Origin: Leucoraja ocellata | Lineage: Eukaryota | Assembly: GCA_036785375.1 (NCBI GenBank) | Contig: JAWMAR010000447.1 | Span: 558,001 to 622,000 of the forward strand | Reading direction: 5' to 3' | DNA: 64,000 bases | Shown: positions 39,866 through 50,628 of the stretch, piece by piece | Layout: the number at the start of each line of letters is the position of its first letter | How positions within the stretch are numbered: the stretch's first letter is position 1 | The notes under the pieces: model-generated | The model's database searches: none | What the model was told of the DNA's origin: nothing | The model's input: only the letters and a program-made list of their open reading frames with translations | Program-made: the position numbers and the translations under genes

Positions 39866-40914
39866 TTGCATGAAGCTATTACAGCTACACATGAGAGTAC
39901 TTAGTTAGAAAAAATTACACTTAAAATATTTACACTTCAACTGTTGGAGGTCTCTACATGAGTCCTTTGCAGCTGGGCAAAAAAAAAAATTAGAAACCCA
40001 AACTTGACCTTGAAACGATTTGTTTTCGCCTGCTTTAATTATTTGGCCTTTGTTCCAACAAGGTGAGCAGGCCACAAACAAACTATTTTTGCGACAGGAG
40101 TTATGGCTTGCAGTCATGCTTGACTCTGCTCAGGAAGCCAGGCACAGGGAGATGGGCTACAATGAGAATTACGTCATACCACCAACCACACTTGTGTAAT
40201 GGGTTGTGTCGTACAAGGCGAGCCATTCCATAACCTTGCAATGATGAGGGATTGCCCATTAGGACCAGTGGTGGATTAATAAGGAATAGGAAGAACAGTG
40301 CAAAGAAAAAGAAGGGTAGGAGCAACACTGACATGCAACACTTCCTTCCTGTCCATAACCACACTCTTCTACAATCATTGCACCTCTCTTTACTCCATGT
40401 TCGTCTTCACTGAACATGTCACTCTCCTGACATATGTGTTTCATACTTAAGATATTAAACTGCCTATTCAGCAGCCTCCCAAAATGTGCTTCCACTAACA
40501 TAACATCCCGTGCTCCCTGATCTGCCTTTCAATATGATCATGGTGGACCTTCCATGTAAAAAAACATTTCCCCCCTTGTGCCTTGTGTCTCTAACAATTC
40601 ATCTGCTTCTTAAATATATTTTGCAACTTGGCTTCCACAGCCTTTGTGAGGGAAAGTTTCATATGTTGAGCATACTCTGACTGAAGAAATCTCTCCTCAC
40701 CTCAGTCCTAAATTTCTTACGTAGACACAAAATGCTGAGGAAGGGTCTCGATCCAAAACGTCACCCATTCCTTCTCTCCAGAGATGCTGCCTGTCCCGTT
40801 GAGTTATTCCAGCATTTTGCGTCTACCTTCAATTAAAACCAGCATCTGCAGTTCTTACCTACACCTAAATATCTTACAGCGCATTCTGAGATGGCAACAC
40901 CTGGCTGTAATTTT

Positions 40915-41055
40915 GGGTCTGTCCCACTTGGGCGTCATTTGTGCGTCACGCAGATGGCTCGCAGAAATTTTGTACATCCCAAAATCCTGGGGCGCTGCAC
41001 GCGTCCGCACATCACTGCCTACGTCACCGTGCAGCATGCGCGCGTCACGTGCATT
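40915..41055. mobile_element. Truncated Harbinger-like MITE
   Basis: gggtctgtcccacttgggcg terminus, same family as 52155-53429. Confidence 0.55.
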
Positions 41056-41178
41056 TGATAATTAACAGAAGTGTTAACTTGTTCATTTTACACAGTTTGA
41101 TGCAATCGTTACATTAGCAGAAGGAGGATTCCTGGTTAAACATTCGTACCATATCATCAATCACAGTAAATATCAGGA

Positions 41179-41384
41179 ACTCAGCGGGTGCAGCAGCATC
41201 TATGGAGCGAAGGAAATAGGCAACGTTTCGGGCCGAAACACTTCTTCAGGTTTCGGCCTGAAGAAGGGTTTCGGCCCGAAACGTTGCCTATTTCCTTCGC
41301 TCCATAGATGCTGCTGCACCCGCTGAGTTTCTCCAGCTTTTTTGTGTACCTTCGATTCTCCAGCATCTGCAGTTCCTTCTTAAA
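41179..41384. mobile_element. Young Penelope-derived fold-back element with a hammerhead-like core and a 17-bp TSD
   Basis: TSD cacagtaaatatcagga at 41162-41178 and 41385-41401; core CTGAAGAAGGGTTTCGGCCCGAAACGTT at 41258-41285. Confidence 0.8.
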
Positions 41385-41784
41385 CACAGTAAATATCAGG
41401 ATCATTTTTCTCTATTCCTTCATCTTTGAACTTTGGACTAATTATGTCATTTTTCAGTAAAATATTTCATAGGAGATAGGGCAGTAGCCGCAGCCCAACT
41501 TTCTCATCTCCATGTTTGCTGTAATATAAGCCAGTCTCTTTTGCTCAGTCATCTTCACTTCAAATTCGACGTCATCACCCTTTTTTGATCACAGTGCTGA
41601 AATAAAATGCGGCCACAGCTTCAATCTTTAATTTCCCATTCCTTTTTCTCATAACCTCTTGTACCTACATCTCCCAGAATTCCTTTTAGAGGCCTACACA
41701 GGATTCTGCTGTATGTTCATTAGTGATTGATTGATTGATTGATCAATGGATTGATTGATCAATGGATTGATTGATTGATTAAAT

Positions 41785-42085
41785 GAAAGATACAGCATGA
41801 AAACAGGCCTTTCGGCCCACCATCAATCACCCATTCACACTAGTTCTAAGTTTTTCAACTTTTGCATCCATTCCCCCACATAAAATGGGCAATTTACTGA
41901 GGGCACTTAACGTACATTCACGTACATCTTTGGGATGTGGGAGGAAGCCGGAGCTCCTGCAGGAAATCCATCCAGTCACGGGAGAACGTGCAAACTCCAC
42001 GCAGACAGTATCCGAGGTCAGGATCGAACCTAGATCTCTGGTGCTGTGAGGCAATCGCTTTGCAGCTGAGTCACTGCGCTGCCCC
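41785..42085 (-). mobile_element. V-SINE variant with an adjacent (gatt)n tract
   Basis: V-domain and B-box on the minus strand; microsatellite at ~41724-41780. Confidence 0.7.
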
Positions 42086-42633
42086 AAACTGAATTTGATT
42101 CATTTGTTCACAATGAGTTAAATGGACAATCTTAGCATATCTGGCAGGTTTCAGGAGCTTCCAGAAAATATTTCCACCTCCTACATTTGCTTGAATGCAA
42201 ACTCTGTTATTTGGCAGTTGTGGCAGGGCTAATTAAGCAGCAATTGTTGATCTCTGCATTTAGCTGCATGTGAGTGGTTTTAAACTCCCAGCGAGTGACG
42301 ACAGCCAATTATTCCCATCACCGGATTCTTGCCAATGCGATAGAAAAACTAAACTGCATTAAACTCTAAACAAAACTAAATTAAAAATGAGCAGATAAAA
42401 TAGAGACATCTATGTGTGCAGTGGTGAACATCACTTTACTGCCAAATGAAGTATAGTCATAGTCATAGAGTTATGTGGTGTGGAAACAGGCCTTCGCCCC
42501 AATTTATCCCATCTACTCTAGTCCCACCTCTCCTTGCTTGGCCCATACCACTCTAAACCTTTCCTATCCATGTACCTGTCCAAATGTCTCTTAAATGTCA
42601 TGATAGTACCTACCTCAACCACCTCCTCTGGCA

Positions 42634-42785
42634 CACAAAAAAGCTGGAGAAACTCAGCGGGTGCAGCAGCATCTATGGAGCGAAGGAAATATTTCCTTCG
42701 CTCCATAGATGGTGCTGCACCCGCTGAGTTTCTCCAGCTTTTTTGTGTACCTTCGATTCTCCAGCATCTGCAGTTCCTTCTTAAA
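42634..42785. mobile_element. Penelope-derived fold-back inserted into a CR1 3' end, 14-bp TSD
   Basis: TSD cacctcctctggca at 42620-42633 and 42786-42799. Confidence 0.8.
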
Positions 42786-42861
42786 CACCTCCTCTGGCAG
42801 TTTGTTCCCTATACTCACCGCCCATAGTGTAAAAAAGTCACCTCTCAAAGGTTTCAAAGGT

Positions 42862-43502
42862 TTTCAAAGGTCTTTTATTGTCACGTGTACCAATTAAGGT
42901 ACAGCGATAGGCGAATTACCATACCGCCATACAAAAAAAGCAGCAAGACACACAACCACATAAAAGTTAACGTAAACATCCACCACAGCGGATTGCCCAG
43001 ATTCCTCACTGTGATGGAAGGCAATAAAGTCTAATCTTCTTCCCTCGGTCGGGGCAGTCGAACAATCCGTTGGGCCGATCGAAGTTCCCGCAGCCGGAGG
43101 TCTAAGCACCCGCGTCGGGGGGTCGAAGCTCCCATGTCGGGGCGGTCGAAGCTCCTGCGGCTTGGAGTTGCCGACGTCGGCTCCACGATGTTAAAGTCCG
43201 CAGGCACCCGCGGTAAAGCTCAGAAGTCGATCCCAGGCAAAGGGATCGCGGTCTCCACGATGTTAAGTCCGCAGGAACCCGCGGTGGAGCTCCCGGTCGA
43301 CCTCCAGCAGAGGCCACCAAATCCTCGATGTTAGGCTGCAGTGCAGACGGAGATACGATACGGAAGAAAATTGCATCTCCGTCAGGATGAGTGATTAGAA
43401 AACATTTCCCCAACCCCTTCCCCCACATAAAACAAGCTAAAGAACACTAAAAACATACATTTGACACATACTAAAGAAACAACAAAGAAGAAGGGGACAG
43501 GC
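42862..43502 (-). mobile_element. GC-rich non-coding retroelement with a Rex/Babar-like 3' tail
   Basis: On the minus strand it ends in ...gtacacgtgacaataaaag; internal gactt(t)aacatcgtggag repeats. Confidence 0.6.
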
Positions 43503-43519
43503 GGGTTCCTATTAAATCT

Positions 43520-43875
43520 TTCGCCCCTCACCTTAAAAGTATTTTTGAGGTGTATTTACTGTTGTGCTGTCGGAAGCTTGGCTAATAATAAGCCCAGAGA
43601 AAGCTTGCACAAAAAGCACTGTGATAACATCAGATAAACTCTTCTGAGTAGATGGTTAAAGAGTAAGTGGCAACCAGGAGAGGGCAGAACTCCAGAGGTC
43701 TTTGAAATGAATCTATGGGCATGTTTATGTCCACCTGATGGGCCTGGTCTGAAAGAGATTGCAACACTTCTTTACTTCTGTACCAGAGTATCCTTATTTT
43801 TTGTTGTGCACATATCTCTAGAATGGAACTTAATCTGGAATCTCCAGATTCACACACAAAAGACCTACCAACTGA
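43520..43875 (-). mobile_element. Ancient Deu-domain SINE-like relic (SacSINE1/AmnSINE1 class)
   Basis: atgggcatgtttatgtccacctga...tctgaaaga resembles the reverse-complemented Deu domain as I recall it; decayed tRNA-like head at ~43820-43875. Confidence 0.45.
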
Positions 43876-44704
43876 ACAACATGTGACACGTTTGCAGGTT
43901 ATATATGTTAAGACACAGTGCAGCTAAGACACAAGGTGCTGGTGTAACTCAGTGGGTTAAGTAGCATCTCAAGCACATGTTTATGTGACAGTTTTGGTAG
44001 GGACTCTTATTCAAACCTGAAGAAGGAGCCTGAAGATATGGTCCCGACCTGAAACGTCATCTATCCATGTTCTCCAGACGTGCAGCCTGACCCACTGAGT
44101 AGTTACTCCAGCACTTTGTGTCTTTTTTTTGTACACCAGCATCTGCAGTTCCTTGTACCTCTTGTGTATTCAGTTACTCATGTAATGTGGAATATAATCT
44201 ACTGGCAAGGGTCCTGATTGTGGATACAATTATAGCAACTTCTAAAATCTTTATTATTTCTTCTTTTGAGCTGAGCATTGCATTCCAGCATAGACATCAT
44301 AATCTGTGTGTCCTTGGCTAAAATTTCCCCCGCACATTAATAACCAGCCCCAACGATGGCCTCAATGTTTATCCTGTATGCCTTGGAGGTTTATTGCCTT
44401 GTTCACTCTGGGATTCCTAGGTTTATCACTTGACTGTTACGGACACAGTAACATACAGATGATAAACAGAGGCAGCCTCAAAGTTTGTCTACATCACACA
44501 CTGTTCCTGAACTGACAGGACTAACGATCCACAAAGTGGGTCATTTCTGAAGTAACATTGTTTGTGTCTGAGCAATTTCATTGAAAGTCTGGCTCAGAGA
44601 GCGTTGAAGATTCAACCTCTTTTGAGCAGGGTGTTGGATTCACATAAAGTGGCAAATTTACTATCTATTGTCATGAATAAATTTGGGACACTGATATGGT
44701 GTTT

Positions 44705-44885
44705 GCATCTAGCCTTTCATCTTATGGACCTGGTTTAAATTCAGCCCAGACTAATGAAAGTTGCCACTATCAGCCTTCTAGAAGGGCCCAATGTGAAATG
44801 GGTTTCAGCAATCCAAGTATAATTCCCAGCATTCATGGGCCGCTGTGTAAACTGTGCATAAATCAGCACTAATTGACAATTAATT
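44705..44885 (+). mobile_element. Ancient LF-SINE-like relic
   Basis: gcctttcatct...ctggtttaaattcagcccag...gaaagt...atgtgaaatgggtt...gcactaattgaca matches LF-SINE motifs in order. Confidence 0.6.
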
Positions 44886-46006
44886 GCATGTATCTGTGTT
44901 GCATCTCAGCTAGGAGTGCATGATACTGGCATGCCTGAAGTGGGAAGTGTGCCATTACCCAGTTTCAATTTAATTAAAACATGAAAATGTGCTGCAGTGC
45001 CAAGTGAATCTTTGTGTATATATCTGATGAAAACACCCAGTTAATTCATCATTTTAAAAGCATATTGGATTGAGTCACTTCCCAGACATGAACGGGAATG
45101 CACGGTGAGCAGACAGATGTGAAATCTTCAGCATGAGAAGAGAAACTTATTCAGACAGTAGAGAAAGCTGTGTAGGAAGAAACTGCGGATGCTGGTTTTT
45201 ACTGAAGACAGACACAAAGAGCTGGAGTAACTCAGCTGCCTGACCCGCTAAGTTACTCCAGGATGATGTGCCTATTGTCGAGAAAGCTGGATCATTATGA
45301 GTCTGAAGAAGGGTTCTGACCTGAAACGTCAACCACCCATGTTCTCCAGAGATGCAGTCTGACCTGTTCAGCTGTGTCTTTCATTATGTTCACCATGTAC
45401 CTGAATATTTATGAACCAAGGCCCTTTTCTTTTCCAATTGTTTAACACCAGGGTCTGGAACTTACACAGGAGATACAGATGTCGATAGGATGGTGAATAT
45501 ATCTGGGAAGGCTGCGAAGAGGTGTGGTGTTTCTCACAAATGAACAGCACAACTTGTTAGCGTCCCATTTTCCGTGTTATATCAAAGCCTGCAGCTGCTG
45601 GTATTGGAAGTATTTCAGAGTAATATTCACTCATGTTTCTTTATGCTTGTGGGCCAGAACTTCCATTTGCTGAAATTAAAAACTTCAAGCTCTGCCAATG
45701 TTTCCAGGGGTCAGGAGACTTGGGTTATTGCATGAAATAAGTGGCCTAAAGACCACATTGTACAGCTGGTGATAGTGAGTAATTCAGCAGTGTGCTGCCG
45801 CAGCTAGTCTTGGCAGTTGGCAGGGCCTCATCAAGATGCTTGGTCAACCAGAGAAATGTTCCCAAGAGAGTTAGCTTCTCAAATTGAACAACCTCATTAC
45901 TCCAAATACAAGTGCACAACCTTTTATCCGAAAGCCTTGGGACCAGACACTTTTCGTAATTCGGAATTTTTTGGCTTTCGGAATGGAAGATATTTAGCGT
46001 AGATTT

Positions 46007-46078
46007 TAACGGCTGGCTCAGTGGTAGAGTGCTCGGCTCATATCCGCAAGGTCGCGAGTTTGCGCCTCGATCCCGGCA
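46007..46078 (+). pseudogene. tRNA-Met(CAT)-like pseudogene inside the TIR element
   Basis: D-arm/A-box tggctcagtggtagagt, anticodon arm cgg-ctCATat-ccg, variable region aggtc, T-arm cgag-tttgcgc-ctcg. The acceptor stem does not pair. Confidence 0.6.
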
Positions 46079-46357
46079 GTTACTCGATCGCAAGTTTGAG
46101 TCTTCAATGTAGTTTTTTCTTGCAGAATAGGAGAGAATAGGGAGGGTTAGGCTGGGATCATTCTCTGCGAGATGATCTTAGTGCGGGAGACAAGTGTAGG
46201 AGAGGTGTACTGACTGTGTGGGCAGAACTTTGGAAGTGATTGCCCACCATTCTCAAAAGCCGCTGTGTCTCCCTGTCCCTGGGATAGCAGGGGGCGATCA
46301 AACAGCACAATAACCCCCTCCCCCTCCAACTCCAGAGGAATCCGCTCCCCGATGGGC

Positions 46358-46460
46358 CGCTACAGCGACAAGTGGCAGTTCGCCCACAGCCCGAGCTGCG
46401 CCACCCCAAGAACAAGACGCACCTTGCACACCATCAGCTTCTGCCCCTACGGGGAGCGTG
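46358..46460 (+). pseudogene. Captured fragment of a ZFP36/ZFP36L-family tandem CCCH zinc-finger coding sequence
   Basis: Reads RYSDKWQFAHS...ELRHPKNKT...TLHTISFCPYG, against the family motif CxYGxKCQFAHG..ELR...[22 protein letters not shown]. Further copies at ~46555-46597 (-, RYGDKCQFAH), ~46820-46862 (+) and ~47093-47155 (+). Confidence 0.85.
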
Positions 46461-48002
46461 TTCCTCTGGAGTTGGAGCGGGGCTGGGCTGGAGTTGCTGA
46501 TCTGGGATCTCCGTGCTTGCAGTGGGCCTGGGGGTCGGTGTCCCGATGAGGGGGCGCAGCTCGGGCTGTGGGCAAACTGACACTTGTCGCCGTAGCGACC
46601 CATCGGGGAGCGGTTTCAGGTGGTCCTGACGTCTTCGACCACCCCCCTGTACAGGAGCTGAGACTGGGAACTGTACCGCCCTTGCAGGTGAGCAGGAGAG
46701 TGGGGTTGTTTGCAGTTGCAGAGGGAGGGGGCAAGGGCGGTACAGTTCCCAGTCTCAGCTCCTGTCCAGGGGGGTGGCCGGAGACGTCAGGACCAACAGG
46801 AACCCGCTCCCCGATGGGCCGCTACAGCGACAAGTGGCAGTTCGCCCACAGCCCGAGCTGCGCCCCCTTATCCGCAACCCGGGTTCCTCTGGAGTTGGAG
46901 CGGGGCTGGGCTAGAGTTGCTGCTGGCTGTGAGTCTCCGGGATCTCCGTGCTTGCAGTCGGTGTCCCGTTGGACCTGATGTCTCCGGCCACCCCCCTGGA
47001 CAGGAGCTGAGACTGGGAACTGTACCGATCTTGCCCCCTCCCTCTGCAACTGCAAACAACCCCACCCTCCTGCTCACCTGCAAGGGCGGTACCCGCAACC
47101 CCAAGAACAAGACGTACCTTGCACACCATCAGCTTCTGTCGCTACGGGGAGCGTGTTCCCCTGGAGTTGGAACGGGGCTGGGCTGCTGCTGGCTGTGGGT
47201 CTCTGGGATCTCCGTGCTTGCAGTGGGCCTGGGGGTCGGTGTCCTGTTGGTCCTGACGTCTCCGGTGACTGGCACTGACCTGCTGGCATCACTGACGTGA
47301 AGACAGTGCAAAGCCCCCGCACCGGTGCAATGGGCGGGGAGCTGGAGAGGGGAGGGAAGGGGTCACACACATGGCCGGGAAGCAGAGGGGTGTAGGTGGG
47401 GTGAAACTGAAGGGAGCGACAATCTGCTGCTGCCTGCCCGTTGAGTTAAAAAGTTCCCACGCAAGACTCACGATACACTGTGTATCGTGAGTCTACCGTG
47501 GGAACTTTTTAACTCAGCGGGCAGGCAGCAGCAGATTGTCAATTATTAACCCTCCCGCGCAATATACCCTCACCTTCTCTTTATGAATGGGGATTTAGTT
47601 CCCCTTTCTTCGAGGACCGACCAGAGGTTCTGCTGTCATCACTGCGGGCCGCCCTCGGTAAACGTCTTCAAGGACCTTTCTTCAAGGACCGAAAAAATGT
47701 CCGCTATTCGGAGCTTTTCGATATTTGGAATTTCGGATAAAAGGTTGTGCACCTGTACATTACTGCCAGGCAACATGTGGCCACTTAATGTCGTACAGTC
47801 ATAGCACCATAGCGTCATACAGCATGGAAATAGGTCCTTACAGGCCCAACTCGTCCATGCCGACCAAGATACCACATCTAAGCTAGTCCCATTTGCTCAA
47901 AACATTTGGCCTATCACCTCCCTAAATCTTTCCTTATCCGTGTCCTGGTCCAAGTGTGTTTTACATGTTGTTAATTTTTCATGTTGCCCCAACGACATCC
48001 CC

Positions 48003-48306
48003 TCGGTGGCGCAGCGGTAGAGTTGCTGCTTTACAGCGCTTGCAGCGCCAGAAATCTGGAATCGAACCCGACAACGGGTGCTCTCTGTACGGAGTTTGTA
48101 CGTTCTCCCCGTGGCAACATGGGTTTTCTCCGAGATCATCGGTTTCCTCCCACACTCCAAAGACGTACAGTGGTGTAGGTAAATTGGCTTGGTAAATGTA
48201 AAAATTGTCCCTAGTGTGTGTAGGATAGTGTTAATATGCAGGGATTGCTGGTCGGCGCGTACCTGGTGGGCCGAAGGGCCTGTTACCGCGTTGTATCTCT
48301 AAACAT
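48003..48306 (+). mobile_element. HE1-like V-SINE abutting a CR1 3' fragment (~47800-47985, minus strand)
   Basis: cggtggcgcagcggtagagttgctgc head, V-domain and gggccgaagggcctgtt tail. Confidence 0.85.
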
Positions 48307-49284
48307 AAACATAAGTTAATTTTTGAGTTGGACTAAATATAACCCCAAATCACCGAAGAGAAGACTGTTCAAATCTAATTTAAAACTATAGATATATGAT
48401 CAAGTTGAAATTGCTCCAAAGGTAGAACAGCTATTATTTGATTCAGTACTTGAGTTATATTTCCATGTTTATATCCGAAAACTCGAAAATAGTTGCAGTT
48501 ACACCTTATCATTATCTGTCAACATAATATGCTCATTTGGCATTCCAGTGCTAAAGATTCTTGCATAGCTTTTATCCCTTGAGGATGACTCTCTCTTAGC
48601 CATTCCCCAAAATGTCAACGCCAACACTGAGTTAAAAAATGCTACTGCGAAGTTTTTGTTAAAAAATGGGGGAGGTTATGTGTTGGCTAACTGGCATTCC
48701 TGTTAATCATTAATAATTTTGGAGTTCGCCTTTTCATCTGCTTTTGATTTACTAGCACCCCTTAGAATGTCATTCTTGGTTACTTTATTCTTACTTGTGA
48801 TGGAATATATTCTGCTATTTTTTTACTTTTTTCTTTAAATATTTCCCAAAGTTATATATCATACAGCAATATTTTTCTCCAGTTTATTTTTATTGAATAC
48901 ATCTTCATTTTCTAATAATTGCTTTTTGCCTATAATATTACTTTAGGTTTTTGTATCTTCATTATCTCTTTAATCAAACCATCTGATACTGCAATCTCTT
49001 TTCAATATACAAAGTGCTGGAGTAACTCAGCGGGTCAGGCAGTATTTCTACAGAACATGTAGGTGACATTGCAGGTCGGGACCCTTCTTCAGACAGTCAT
49101 TATATCCTATATATTCGTAGATATTACCTTTTCTAATTCTCCAGTTCATTCCCATTTCAAAATTCGTAAAGTCAATAAAGTTCATTAAGTCAACATTTAT
49201 TCTTGAGTGAGTAACAGGGAACATACTCCTGAAGCCTGTTCAGTCCATGTAGTGAAGGAAATCTCACAGAGAACCAAGATAGTA

Positions 49285-49863
49285 AGTGGGCTGTCCTAAT
49301 TGGCAAGTTTAGAATAGTTTAGGAAAGTTTGAAAAAGTGTCATGTTGAAGACCTCCTTCGACTATGTAGAAGACCTCCTTCGACCTCCTTCGACTATGTT
49401 GAAGACAAGCTTCGACTGGCTTCGATAAGCTTCGGGAAAATTGGACACGAATAGTGGAGAGTGAAGCCAACCTCCTTCGATCTACTTCGACCTCCCTTCT
49501 ACTATGTTGAAGACTACCTACGACTACCTTCGACTACCTTTGATTACCTTTGACTACCCTCGATTTCCTACGAATAACATGCGGACCTACTACGACCTAC
49601 TACGACCTACTTCGACTAAACCTACGAGTAAAAAAAATATTGTTTTTTTCCATGGCGACCTTTTTTTACTCACGGACATTTTTCAGCGTGTTGAAAAATA
49701 CGTTGCGACCTAGCTGAGGCCTCAAATACACAGGGACTACTCTCGAGCATGAAGGAGAGTTACAAAGACCTCCTAGGACCTCGTGTCCACCATGCTGTAA
49801 GTATGAGTCGAGGGCAAGCTCTTCTAAACTCACCAATCAGGTCGCCGCAGTGGGACAGCCCCT
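49285..49863. mobile_element. PIF/Harbinger-like MITE with an internal (cttcgac/cgacct)n array
   Basis: Termini gggctgtcc...gggacagcccct; the right half is the reverse complement of 53482-53750. Confidence 0.7.
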
Positions 49864-50224
49864 TTAGTTCCAGGACTTAGATTAGTGACATGAAAGGGAA
49901 ATGTATGTACTTCCAAATCTGGGCACTGTGTGCTATGTGTGATTCCATACATGATGCCCTTGTCCTTCTAGTTGCTGGAGTTGAATGCTGTCAGGGCTGT
50001 CGAAGCCCTAATGGATTTCTGCAGTACATTCCATAGATGGTATATCTTGCCCCAGTAGTGAGCAGTTGGTGCTGGGAAAGAATATCGGAAGTGGAGAGTG
50101 GATGTTAATGAAACCTTGTCCTGAAAAGGGGAAATGAATCTTTACAAAAATACCCGTTACCCATAATATTGAACTGATCTGTCTTGTGCAAGTTGTCTTA
50201 ATTAATTGACTTGCTAAAGTCAGA

Positions 50225-50628
50225 GGCGCACGGTGTCGCGGTGACAAGGTGGTAGAGTTGTTGCCTCACAGCGCCAGCAACCAGGGTTCGATCCTAACTA
50301 TGGGTGCTGTCTGTACTGAGTTTGTACATTCTCCCCATGACCATGTGGGTTTTCCCCGGATGTTCAGGCTTTCTCCCACACTCCAAAAACGTACAGGTTT
50401 GTAGGTTAATTGGCTTCGGTAAAACATTGTGAATTGTCCTGTATGTGTAGGATAGTGTTAGTGTACGGGGGTGATCACTTGTTGGCGTGGATTCGGTGGG
50501 CCGAAGGGCCTGGTTCCAGGTCGTATCTCTAAACTAAACTAAACTAAGCTAAACTAAACTAAACTAAACTAAACTAAACTAAACTAAACTAAACTAAACT
50601 AAACAAACTAAACTAAACTAAATTAAAT
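50225..50628 (+). mobile_element. HE1-like V-SINE with an expanded (aaact)n tail
   Basis: Head, V-domain and a ~95-bp pentanucleotide tail. Confidence 0.85.

Larger units (their letters stand above)
45909..47755. mobile_element. Non-autonomous Tc1/mariner (pogo/Tigger-like) Pack-type element carrying captured sequences
   Basis: 25-bp TIRs CA(A/G)GTGCACAACCTTTTATCCGAAA with 1 mismatch; TA at 45907-45908 and 47756-47757; subterminal ttcgga repeats; no transposase ORF. Confidence 0.88.

Noticed and set aside
46265-47370. A functional ZFP36-like gene
   Set aside because: Only partial fingers, with Cys-to-Trp change, deletions and frameshifts, mixed orientations and enclosure within TIRs; no full CCCH domain.
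49340-49630. CRISPR-like or coding repeat array
   Set aside because: Short degenerate cgac-based repeats without unique spacers, inside a TIR-bounded MITE in a vertebrate genome.
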